From NCBI GenBank assembly GCA_963665095.1, contig OY762069.1, forward strand, positions 1,056,001-1,120,000: a stretch of 64,000 nucleotides of DNA, written 5' to 3'. Each line of letters opens with the position of its first letter. Within the stretch, counting starts at the first letter, position 1. This document shows, piece after piece, positions 22,134 through 30,820 of this stretch. This stretch comes from an uncultured Desulfobacter sp. (GTDB lineage: Bacteria > Desulfobacterota > Desulfobacteria > Desulfobacterales > Desulfobacteraceae). The notes beneath the pieces are model-generated. The model did not search any database and was not told the origin of the DNA. It worked only from the letters and a program-made list of their open reading frames with translations. The position numbers and the translations under genes are program-made.

Positions 22134-22610
22134 ATGATTTTATTCTGTGAAGAGTGCGGGGCAAAAAACGACACCGGCATTGATGCGATCATCCAGGAAC
22201 GGGCTGTTTTTACTTGCACAGTATGCGGATATCAAAATGATTATCGGTTGCCTGAATATCGGACCCCAGGAAAAATAAAAAATAAAGAGCGCTTATTTAA
22301 GGCCGTCAAGAAGGACCCGCGGATAATCGGGGCCTTTATTTATGATATAAGGAAAGGGATCACCCGCACGTGCATGCCGGAGCTGCTCATGCCTGAAGAC
22401 ATTCACAGCTTAGGATGGCGGCTTGCACGGGGATTTGACAAAGGGCTCTCATCCATGCCCGATATCTGCAGCATGCAAGTGGTGATAGCAGATAAATATT
22501 TTTTTATGAGTAAAAAAGAGGGTGGAAAATACCTGGTGCTGGTGACTGTGACCCCGAGCCTGCCGGCATCGGTTTCCAGATTTTTCTGCCAGTGGACACA
22601 GGAACTTTGA
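22134..22610 (+). CDS. Zn-ribbon + roadblock-like domain protein
   Basis: CEECG...CTVCG, then IIGAFIYD...YLVLVT alpha/beta pattern like roadblock domains. Confidence 0.6.
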   Translation: MILFCEECGAKNDTGIDAIIQERAVFTCTVCGYQNDYRLPEYRTPGKIKNKERLFKAVKKDPRIIGAFIYDIRKGITRTCMPELLMPEDIHSLGWRLARGFDKGLSSMPDICSMQVVIADKYFFMSKKEGGKYLVLVTVTPSLPASVSRFFCQWTQEL

Positions 22611-22951
22611 ATTTTGATATGGATACTCTTTTGTCAGACATTGGCCGGCTGGATGGGGTAAATGGCGGCCTGATTACAGACCAGAACGGAACCGCACTTT
22701 TTAAAAGCATTGAAGCTGGAAATCAATTATCCAGAAGTATTGCTGCCTGCGCAAATACGTTTTTATCAATTAGCGCCAGACAATTCAAATATGCCGTTTT
22801 TTCAAGAAAAAACAATACACAGGTGCTGATTTTCCCTTTTGGTTCCAACTACTTTCTGGCGGTCTTCAGACACGCTGCCGGAAGACATCAGGAGACAGAC
22901 CTGATCGCAGGAAGAATTATTGCCATGCTGGCACAAAGTAAAATTCAATAA
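22592..22951 (+). CDS. Roadblock/LC7-like protein
   Basis: LLSDIGRLDGVNGGLITDQNGTALF pattern; about 110 aa; start may be ATG 22619. Confidence 0.6.
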   Translation: MDTGTLNFDMDTLLSDIGRLDGVNGGLITDQNGTALFKSIEAGNQLSRSIAACANTFLSISARQFKYAVFSRKNNTQVLIFPFGSNYFLAVFRHAAGRHQETDLIAGRIIAMLAQSKIQ

Positions 22952-22963
22952 CTGGGAGATAAT

Positions 22964-23239
22964 ATGGCCACACAAATGATCATATCGGTTTTTACACTTT
23001 TAATTTATTTGATTATTATTTTCGTATTCAACAAGGCCCGGAAAAAATATTCCGGCGGCAGGGTTGGCAAGGTTATTACGCTGATTCTTGTAACGGTCTG
23101 CCTGTTGTTCATCGCAGATTATGTTGTTATTCTAAGCAGCTTTATAGATCGTGATATTCTTGAGACGATCAGGGCTCTCTTCAGAACAGCAGCCCTGTCT
23201 TTCCTGGCCTATGGGGGATCAAAGGTGGCAGACTCCTGA
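22964..23239 (+). CDS. Small three-helix membrane protein
   Basis: GGGAG RBS; three hydrophobic segments; last gene of the mgl run. Confidence 0.7.
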   Translation: MATQMIISVFTLLIYLIIIFVFNKARKKYSGGRVGKVITLILVTVCLLFIADYVVILSSFIDRDILETIRALFRTAALSFLAYGGSKVADS

Positions 23240-23308
23240 AGACGTTATTCAGGCACCTTTTGTATTGACCTGTGACCTGCTGTCACCAGGGCCTGAAAAA
23301 CATAAGGA

Positions 23309-24541
23309 TCAGGAAAAAAATGGAAACAGGCCTTTTTTCTGTTTTTCCGGTGTTGCGCTGATATTTAAATCTGACCGTATCTGGCTGATCAGCGACCGAA
23401 TATCATTGACAAGCCGGTCCTTTTCTTCAGAACCGCTTTGATACTGATTAATATACCCCACTATTTTTTCAATATCTGCCAGGGTATTGTTCAGGGGTTG
23501 CCCGCCAAGTATGCTCCCTGCTTTTATTAATATAAGCCTGCACCAGGAAATAAATCCGGAAATTATAAATCCCTTTGCATCCTCCGGCATGGGATCAAGT
23601 TCAGACATAATGGATTCCACAGCGTGCAGATTATTATTTTTAGTATTTGATATGTCAAATTTTGAAAAAACCTTGTGAAAATCTCCGGGCAGTTCTGTTT
23701 TGGTTTCACTGAATATTTCCAAAGCCCTGTCCCCGATCTCTGCGGAAAGATTTTTGGCCACAGCGTTAAGAATATCATTGAACACGGTAAGAGCCCCGGA
23801 AAGACTGGAGTCATCTTCCCCACTGGCAAGAATCACCTCATCCTTCTGCTCAATGAGTCCAGAGGAGATCACTGAAAATAAAATTTTGTATACTGCAAAT
23901 TCATCATAGCCGCTCTCCCTGATAACTTCACGCACGGACCGGGCACCGTCAATAAGGGAAAGAACCCGCCATTCGTTGGCGTTGAGTTTGATTTCCTCTT
24001 TACTGTGGACCTTACCGGACATTTTAAAAACCAGCTTATCTGATGGAATCACCTTTCGAAGCACAGAGAGTTCATCAATACGACGGGAGGCCTCTAAAAT
24101 CAGTTTCATGGGATTGAGCTGGGTGACGATCATATTGCTCAGATTCAGCCTGGCATCTTTATACTCAAACTGTCCCTTTTCCCAGAGCAGAAGATCATAA
24201 AGTATCACTTCAACCTGTTTGTTATAGTACTTTTTCAAGGTGTCGTGGGAAATATAGCCTTTCTGCACCAGAACCTTACCCAAATGCAATTTATTTTCCC
24301 GGGCAAAGGCAAGACACTTGGAGAGCTGCTGTCCGGATATAATCCCTGCATTTTGAAGTAAAAACCCTAACCGGGCCTGTTTTAAGGGAGAAGTTGCATA
24401 TACAATTGTACCCTGATCAAAAAACACCCGGCTGGTATCTTCACCGTTTGTCACGGTGAGAATACCAGTTTTTTGATCATTGCATAAAAGCTGGAGAATA
24501 CTTGCCAGTGTCAGACCTTCAAAGTCGCCTTGAAGATTCAT
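23309..24541 (-). CDS. DUF4388 (PatA_N-like) domain protein
   Basis: LQGDFEGLTLASILQLL...KTGIL, RLGFLL, LLLWEKGQFEY, LILEASRRIDE, WRVLSLIDG. Confidence 0.85.
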   Translation of the reverse strand: MNLQGDFEGLTLASILQLLCNDQKTGILTVTNGEDTSRVFFDQGTIVYATSPLKQARLGFLLQNAGIISGQQLSKCLAFARENKLHLGKVLVQKGYISHDTLKKYYNKQVEVILYDLLLWEKGQFEYKDARLNLSNMIVTQLNPMKLILEASRRIDELSVLRKVIPSDKLVFKMSGKVHSKEEIKLNANEWRVLSLIDGARSVREVIRESGYDEFAVYKILFSVISSGLIEQKDEVILASGEDDSSLSGALTVFNDILNAVAKNLSAEIGDRALEIFSETKTELPGDFHKVFSKFDISNTKNNNLHAVESIMSELDPMPEDAKGFIISGFISWCRLILIKAGSILGGQPLNNTLADIEKIVGYINQYQSGSEEKDRLVNDIRSLISQIRSDLNISATPEKQKKGLFPFFS

Positions 24542-24976
24542 GCGCCCCTATCCTTTTTTTGACCTGTTGAAAAGGCATACCTGACGATTAAATTCGGTCA
24601 TATCTTCAGGTAAAACCTTATAGAACAGTACTATGTCATAAACCCTTGGGTCAAATACAATCTGTTTGTATTTTATGAATTCAGCAAAGAAATCGCTGCA
24701 GATATCCTTCTTATGTCAATAGCCGGGATTAAATTCTGCCTGCAATGCGGCCAGATGTTACCAAGACCCTGTCGGATGAATTGATTCATGATTTGTGCCA
24801 GGACTGATTTGATATCCGGGGGATTGAAAATGGAAGAATCAGACACTATTGTTTATAATAGCAATGGCCGGATAACGACCAAATAGTGATATTTAATCAC
24901 TTCATAACTGAATATCACATATATTAATAAACGGTCACTATGAAATTTGTGGCCGTCAAATTTTTTAAGGATGATT

Positions 24977-25522
24977 ATGAACGGCGATTCCCATCACTTG
25001 ATTTTAGGGGAACTCGAGGATTTTTTAAGCGGAAAGACGGTTACGGACACCCATGATGAACGGTACCGTCAGAAAATCGCCCGCCATCTGGTGGTAACCC
25101 TGGGGTTCAATAAAAATGATATTGAAGCAGGCCGTGAACTGACAATTCAAACAGGCGGACGCACCGCAGATGTCAGGATTGATTTTCTGGTATATCAGAA
25201 CAATCGTGTTGTGATGATGATCAAATATGCGCCCGGCTCCCTGGTCACCCGCCGCCTGTCAACAAGGGCATTATCCAGACTGGTTTTTGATTACCAGATT
25301 CCTTTTGCAGTTATAACCAATGGCGAGGACGCCGAACTGATTTCAGCAAAAACAGGCGAGGTTGCGGGCCAGGGCCTTTCTGCCATTCCAGGCCCGGAAC
25401 ACCCGATGTTAAAAAAAGTGTCAGATATCCTGGATAAAGTCCCCCGAAAAATGGCAGATCAGGCTGCAAAAATAGTTATTGCCTGTGAGGTGGATGGGTC
25501 CTGCATGATGGAAAATCGTTGA
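24977..25522 (+). CDS. Stand-alone type I restriction HsdR N-terminal-like domain protein
   Basis: DTHDERYRQKIAR.L...GF, RIDFLV, FAVITNGEDAEL. Confidence 0.65.
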   Translation: MNGDSHHLILGELEDFLSGKTVTDTHDERYRQKIARHLVVTLGFNKNDIEAGRELTIQTGGRTADVRIDFLVYQNNRVVMMIKYAPGSLVTRRLSTRALSRLVFDYQIPFAVITNGEDAELISAKTGEVAGQGLSAIPGPEHPMLKKVSDILDKVPRKMADQAAKIVIACEVDGSCMMENR

Positions 25523-25632
25523 CTCTTGCATTGAATCTGGGAAGTCAAATATGTTAACGTCAGAAATGTCTTTGTATTTTATCACCAGCAAAATAAGCAA
25601 CGTTTTATTAAAAAAGCCTTAAGGACCCGATC

Positions 25633-26496
25633 ATGACGCAAAAGGCTGTATTGTCGAAACCATTTATTCTTTTGACCGCTGTAATGGTCATCCTGACTAC
25701 TGTATCACCGGCATCGGCCGGGAGTACATTTACCAATACACTTGGGATGAGATTTGTTCTAATTCCGGCAGGTTCTTTTACCATGGGAAGTCCGGAAGAG
25801 GAAATGGGGCGGCAAAAGGATGAAAAACAGCACCGGGTGGTCATTTCAAAAAGCTTTTACATGCTGGAAACCGAAGTGACTCAGGGACATTGGGACAGTC
25901 TTGCCACCCCCAACCCATCTGCTTTTAAACTAGGACCGTATTACCCTGTGGACACTGTGTCCTGGCATGAAGCAGTCACCTTTATCCAGTATCTGAATAA
26001 ATATGAAGAGACCACCAGATACAGACTTCCCACGGAAGCCGAATGGGAATATGCCTGCAGGGCCGGCAGCACAACGGCATTCAGTTCAGGACGCGTCACT
26101 ATATTTTCCTGCAAGGAGCCGGAGCCTGCACTTACCAATCATGCCTGGTACTGCTATAATTCCGGAGATATCTCTCCGGCCGGAAACTTTAAACCCCACC
26201 CGGTCAAACTGCTCAAACCCAACAGATGGGGACTGTATGACATGCACGGCAATGTCCAGGAGTGGGTGCAGGATGCCTGTGAATGGAAAAGCTTATGGAG
26301 TGCCGGCACAGGTACTTATACGGATACCTATGTTGACAATATTACAGATCCCCTGGAAACAAAGGGCTCACACCGGGTGGTCAGGGGTGGCGGATGGCAC
26401 CAGAACAGCAAGTATCAAAGATGTGCCTACCGTACCAACTATAAGCCCATGGCCAGACGAAACAGCTTGGGCTTCAGGATCGTCCGGATGCCGTAA
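25633..26496 (+). CDS. Secreted FGE-sulfatase (SUMF1) domain protein
   Basis: Signal peptide; IPAGSFTMGS, TEVTQ, YRLPTEAEWEYACRAG, GLYDMHGNVQEW, RGGGW, LGFRIV. Confidence 0.9.
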   Translation: MTQKAVLSKPFILLTAVMVILTTVSPASAGSTFTNTLGMRFVLIPAGSFTMGSPEEEMGRQKDEKQHRVVISKSFYMLETEVTQGHWDSLATPNPSAFKLGPYYPVDTVSWHEAVTFIQYLNKYEETTRYRLPTEAEWEYACRAGSTTAFSSGRVTIFSCKEPEPALTNHAWYCYNSGDISPAGNFKPHPVKLLKPNRWGLYDMHGNVQEWVQDACEWKSLWSAGTGTYTDTYVDNITDPLETKGSHRVVRGGGWHQNSKYQRCAYRTNYKPMARRNSLGFRIVRMP

Positions 26497-26497
26497 C

Positions 26498-27004
26498 TTA
26501 AGATCTTAATTTCCTGTTAAACAGCCGGAAAAGATATAAAGATGCGGCCAGCATGACCACATCTCTCACCAGTAGCCAGATGGAGGCCCAGGTTCCCCTG
26601 GTCTCCCCCAGTGAAAAACATCCACAGTCAAATTCATGGCCCCGAATCAGGTTAAATGCAATCAGAAGAATAAATCCGACCAGCATGGCCTCAATAAGGA
26701 TCAGCGCAGACCGCTTACAGATACCTGCAATTAGGCAGATACCGGTAATCAGTTCCACAAAAGGCATTACAATGGCCAGAATATTAATGACCTGATGGGG
26801 AAACACGGCATAGCCGTATAAAATTTTTGCAAACTGGTCAGGTGCCACAATTTTATGCCATGAGGCAAAAATAAAAGTAATCCCGAGAAACAGCCGAAGT
26901 GCCCATTCAACCATATTCATTTTAACCATGTTGCCATCATACGATTCAAACGGGACAGAAGTTTTCTGCCCCCGACCTTTTTGAAAAAAGTAGACCTCAC
27001 TCAT
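26498..27004 (-). CDS. MauE/DoxX family membrane protein
   Basis: LRLFLG.TFIFASWHKI, PFVELITG, RGHEFDCGCF, LLVRD; start uncertain, ATG 27004 overlaps the upstream stop. Confidence 0.8.
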   Translation of the reverse strand: MSEVYFFQKGRGQKTSVPFESYDGNMVKMNMVEWALRLFLGITFIFASWHKIVAPDQFAKILYGYAVFPHQVINILAIVMPFVELITGICLIAGICKRSALILIEAMLVGFILLIAFNLIRGHEFDCGCFSLGETRGTWASIWLLVRDVVMLAASLYLFRLFNRKLRS

Positions 27005-27524
27005 TAGCCTGCCCTCCGCCTGTTGCAACGTCAAAGCTCATCTCCTGCCACTCAGAAAACCCGCCGGCATACACTGACACATGAAGAAATCCCATCTCCA
27101 TAAGGTGTTCGGCAAACGTATGGGAGTCGGAGCAGGTCACCCCGGCACAATAGGCCAGAATATTGTCTTCCGGTTTAACAAGCTTCAGTACAGACTGTTC
27201 ATCATTCCACAGATCGTCCAAAGGGAAATTAACAGCCCCGGGGATATGTCCTTCGACATAAGCTTCCTGCCAGCGGACATCAACTACCACATAATCGCCT
27301 GATTCCACCATACGTTTGGCCCTGAGGGGATCATTGATCTGAATGACTTCCCGGTCTACAGGTATATTTGAGCCGGCCATTATTACCCCCTGTTCAGGAT
27401 CCCACTGACCAAAGAGAGGGATACCGTTAGGAGAAACGGCATTAACGCTGAAACTGATAACAAGACTGACGGCCAGAAGCAAAAGGGACAGCCCAACATC
27501 TTTTTTTAAAATCATCATCTTCAT
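26997..27524 (-). CDS. Membrane-anchored rhodanese-domain protein
   Basis: N-terminal TM helix; VDVR, GHIPGAVNFP, YCAGVTCSDS, YAGGFSEW. Confidence 0.85.
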   Translation of the reverse strand: MKMMILKKDVGLSLLLLAVSLVISFSVNAVSPNGIPLFGQWDPEQGVIMAGSNIPVDREVIQINDPLRAKRMVESGDYVVVDVRWQEAYVEGHIPGAVNFPLDDLWNDEQSVLKLVKPEDNILAYCAGVTCSDSHTFAEHLMEMGFLHVSVYAGGFSEWQEMSFDVATGGGQANE

Positions 27525-27535
27525 TCTTTTTAAAA

Positions 27536-27925
27536 CTATAGCCTTGATTTAATGTTTTTAAATACATCCACGCGCTTCTGCATAATCAGGAGCATGAGCC
27601 ACTTTTCAAGCAGTGCTGCTACACGGACCTCTTTGGAGCTGTCTGACAAATCCGGCATGATGACATCCGTCCGGCCCTGATTTAATTCAGAAGATGCCGT
27701 TTCATGTTCAACGCGCCCGGTGATTGAATTTGTTTTTTCCTGTTCAATCACCGACAACGGCATTTGCGCTACACTGGCTTGCAATCGGGACACGGCATCT
27801 GATATGTCATTTGTATCCGGATACCTTGAGGTATCAAGCGCCCTGTACATATCAAGCGCATCCTTAACATATCCCTGCTTTTCATAAAGCCGGGCCAGGG
27901 CCAGGCTTGCAAAATTACGGGTCAT
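27536..27925 (-). CDS. Hypothetical protein with N-terminal TPR-like motif
   Basis: SLALARLYEKQGYVKDALDMY; overlaps ftsB stop by 4 nt. Confidence 0.65.
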   Translation of the reverse strand: MTRNFASLALARLYEKQGYVKDALDMYRALDTSRYPDTNDISDAVSRLQASVAQMPLSVIEQEKTNSITGRVEHETASSELNQGRTDVIMPDLSDSSKEVRVAALLEKWLMLLIMQKRVDVFKNIKSRL

Positions 27926-28224
27926 TTTTCAGATCCTTGATTTTTTGTTTTCTCTTTAAACACCAGTTCATCCGGACCGACCATGTCATGTTCATGTCTG
28001 GCCAGGTGTTTGATATATTCGATGTCAGATTTCAGTTTACTGATCTCTTTTTCCAAATTCCTGTTCTGATGGGCTGCTAGTGTCGCCTGTCTTTCAAGCT
28101 GCTCCTGCTTAGTTTTGAGCCGGGAGTAATCCATAACCCCTCTGGTGGAGAAAAAAAACATACCCAAAAGAAACACTGCCCCCGCCAGGGCCAGGTACAG
28201 ACATATTTTTTCTATTCTGGTCAT
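27922..28224 (-). CDS. ftsB: Septum formation initiator FtsB/DivIC
   Basis: One TM helix, coiled coil, YIKHLARHEHDMVGPDELVF. Confidence 0.8.
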   Translation of the reverse strand: MTRIEKICLYLALAGAVFLLGMFFFSTRGVMDYSRLKTKQEQLERQATLAAHQNRNLEKEISKLKSDIEYIKHLARHEHDMVGPDELVFKEKTKNQGSEK

Positions 28225-28238
28225 CTGTTTTTATCGGG

Positions 28239-29831
28239 TCACTTACGTTTTAGGAACAACGCTGTCAGCATTGTCATCTCCGGATTTGCAGTTAAAAAGG
28301 CACCCAAAAAATACCCCCCTGCCCCGATACCGACACTGACGGCAAGACCTACAGCCTGAAGCATACCAGACCCTGCTGAAAAAAAATGCCAGATCCCCCG
28401 GACAAGAAGAGACATTATAACAGACATAAAAACCGCCCGGCAAGCGCAAACCAACAAACCGCCCATGCGAATACCAGAAGGGCCGGCCAGAACAAGATAG
28501 GCAAATCCGGTCATGCCAGCCAGGGATATGGCAAGCCCTAAACCAGTGACGCCCATAGCCCGCACAAGTCCCTGGGAAAAGATAATATTGCTGCCGATGG
28601 ATATAAGTCCGGCTATAAACGGCAGCCGGGTCATAGAAAGCGCATAAAAAAAGGAGACAAAGAGCCGTGTGCCAGCCACTGCCCATAACCCTGAAACCAT
28701 AAACAACAGGCACTGGCCGGTCTGTTCAGTTGCGGCAGCGTCAAACGCACCCCGCTGAAATAATAAAGAGACAATGGGCCGATTCAATACCATGATGCCA
28801 GCCATGGCAGGGATAGTAAGAAAAAACACCATACGCAACCCGGCGTCAAACAACGGGTCTTGGATATCCGGTCGCTCTCCTTGCCCCCCCTTAAAATCGC
28901 AAACAGTATCTGATTCATTTCCCTTTTCAGTACCTGCTGTGGCGTATTTGCCGGCTAGCATGGGCAACAGCACGGCAGCCACAGGTGATGCAATCAACGC
29001 CAGGGGAAACTGAACCAGGCGTTCAGCGTAGTTAAGAAATGAGACAGCACCGGCATCGAGCGTTGATGCCGTCAATCCTGCTGTCAGTACATTGATCTGG
29101 AATGCGGCAGCCCCGATGATTGAAGGGCCTAAGGCGGTAAATGCTTTGTTTATACCCGGATGGCTCCAAACAAATTGTCTGAAATCGAACAAGCCACACC
29201 TCTTAAGACTTGGAAGCTGAAATACCAGTTGAGCAATGCCTCCAATGGTTACCCCGAAAGCCAGCACGGCAACCTGAGGTGAAAACCGGTCTGCAAGCAG
29301 CCATGCTGCTGTAATAATACTTAAATTTAAAAGGATTGGTGTGGCTGCAGGCACATGGAAATTGCCATTTGCATGAAGCGCACTCATGGAAAGTGCTACG
29401 AAAAAGATAATCCCCATATATGGCATCATAATTCGAAACAGAAGGCTGGCCAGAATATTGCTGTATGAATTTTGTTCATAGCCGGGGACACAAAGCTGTA
29501 TGATGACCGGGGCAAAATAAAGCCCAATACTTATCAGGAGAGCAGCAATGACAGATATCCAGAACAGGGCATTTAGAAACATGGCAGCGGCCTGGCCTGT
29601 TCTGTTTCTTGCATAAGATTCTGAAAATAAAGGGATAAAGGAGATGCTCAAAATACCGTCTGACATTATTTTCCGAACCAGATCAAAGGGCCTGAACGCA
29701 ATAAAAAAGGCATCTGAAACAGTTCCGGCCCCGAAGATGAAGGCAATAAATCCATCCCTTATTACCCCGAACACCCTTGAAACCAGAGTGATGCTGCTTA
29801 CAGTCGCTGCTTTTTTAAAAAAATCGAACAT
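28239..29831 (-). CDS. murJ: Lipid II flippase MurJ
   Basis: TLVSRVFGVIRD, DAFFIAFR, SFIPLF, LNYAERLVQFPL, LFQRGAF. Confidence 0.92.
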   Translation of the reverse strand: MFDFFKKAATVSSITLVSRVFGVIRDGFIAFIFGAGTVSDAFFIAFRPFDLVRKIMSDGILSISFIPLFSESYARNRTGQAAAMFLNALFWISVIAALLISIGLYFAPVIIQLCVPGYEQNSYSNILASLLFRIMMPYMGIIFFVALSMSALHANGNFHVPAATPILLNLSIITAAWLLADRFSPQVAVLAFGVTIGGIAQLVFQLPSLKRCGLFDFRQFVWSHPGINKAFTALGPSIIGAAAFQINVLTAGLTASTLDAGAVSFLNYAERLVQFPLALIASPVAAVLLPMLAGKYATAGTEKGNESDTVCDFKGGQGERPDIQDPLFDAGLRMVFFLTIPAMAGIMVLNRPIVSLLFQRGAFDAAATEQTGQCLLFMVSGLWAVAGTRLFVSFFYALSMTRLPFIAGLISIGSNIIFSQGLVRAMGVTGLGLAISLAGMTGFAYLVLAGPSGIRMGGLLVCACRAVFMSVIMSLLVRGIWHFFSAGSGMLQAVGLAVSVGIGAGGYFLGAFLTANPEMTMLTALFLKRK

Positions 29832-29843
29832 AGGAAGTTTTCC

Positions 29844-29872
29844 TTGACAGAATCGGGGCATTTATATATGTT
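29844..29872 (+). promoter_or_regulatory. Sigma-70 promoter of rpsT
   Basis: TTGACA-17 nt-TATGTT. Confidence 0.6.
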
Positions 29873-29937
29873 ACCGAATTTGATAAATGCTTATTATTTT
29901 ACTTTAATTCAATTTTTTACGAAGGAGCTAGACCAAG

Positions 29938-30189
29938 TTGGCGAACCATAAATCAGCAAAAAAACGCGCAAAACAAAACCAGGTAAGACGGATGAGAAAC
30001 AGATCCGTAAAAACGTCCCTCAAAACCCTTGAAAAAAAACTTCGTGCCGCAAAGGAATCCGGTGAGAGCACCGAGGAGCTGATGAAACAAACTCAGTCCG
30101 CCATTCACAAAGCAGCCAAAAAAGGTATTGTTCACAAGAAAACCGCTTCAAGGAAAATTTCACGGCTGTTCAAGTTTGTGAACGCCTGA
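29938..30189 (+). CDS. rpsT: 30S ribosomal protein S20 (TTG start)
   Basis: ANHKSAKKRAKQ...KAAKKGIVHKKTASRKISRL. Confidence 0.96.
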   Translation: MANHKSAKKRAKQNQVRRMRNRSVKTSLKTLEKKLRAAKESGESTEELMKQTQSAIHKAAKKGIVHKKTASRKISRLFKFVNA

Positions 30190-30253
30190 TATGCGCACAT
30201 TTGCACTACTTTTGTACCGCTGTTGGTCCGGATCATTAGCCGTTAGATAATCA

Positions 30254-30285
30254 AAGCCCGGCCCCTTTAATCAGGGGCCAGGCTT
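30254..30285. terminator. Hairpin between convergent rpsT and lptE
   Basis: AAGCCCGGCCCCT...AGGGGCCAGGCTT. Confidence 0.6.
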
Positions 30286-30304
30286 AGGTTTCTATTTCAT
30301 ACCA

Positions 30305-30817
30305 CTAAAAATTGCTCATCATCTGACTGACAAGCCGTTCGGCAACCCGTTCGGCAATGAGATCAACTGCCTCATCTTTACTGGCTTCATCACTTACGGA
30401 ATCGTTCGATACTGTGTAAGATTCTGTGGCGGATAAATTTTTAACCGACCACATGATTCCACCATCCCCGCCAATCAGGCTTGCATCAATAACGGCCTTC
30501 ACTTCCCTTTCTGTTACATTTTCCGTGGAAGACCTGGACAATGTGGTAAAGGTGACGGATTTCACCGTACCGATAACTTTACGGGTAGATTTGTCCGCAT
30601 CAACAACTATGGTATTGGACTTTTCAGTAATTTCCCGGATCAGTTCATTGGCAAAAGAGATTCCGGCCCTGATTTGGGCACTTTTATTCTCAAACACAGA
30701 CACCGATACCCTTGTCACGCCATCTTGAATGTAACCGCCCCCGGTCAGATGATACCCGCACCCTGCCCCGGTAATTAATAAAGACACAATCAGCAGCCAT
30801 GAATAAATTATCTTCAT
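30305..30817 (-). CDS. lptE: LPS assembly lipoprotein LptE
   Basis: Lipobox GAGCGYH; FENKS; directly downstream of leuS. Confidence 0.82.
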   Translation of the reverse strand: MKIIYSWLLIVSLLITGAGCGYHLTGGGYIQDGVTRVSVSVFENKSAQIRAGISFANELIREITEKSNTIVVDADKSTRKVIGTVKSVTFTTLSRSSTENVTEREVKAVIDASLIGGDGGIMWSVKNLSATESYTVSNDSVSDEASKDEAVDLIAERVAERLVSQMMSNF

Positions 30818-30820
30818 CTG

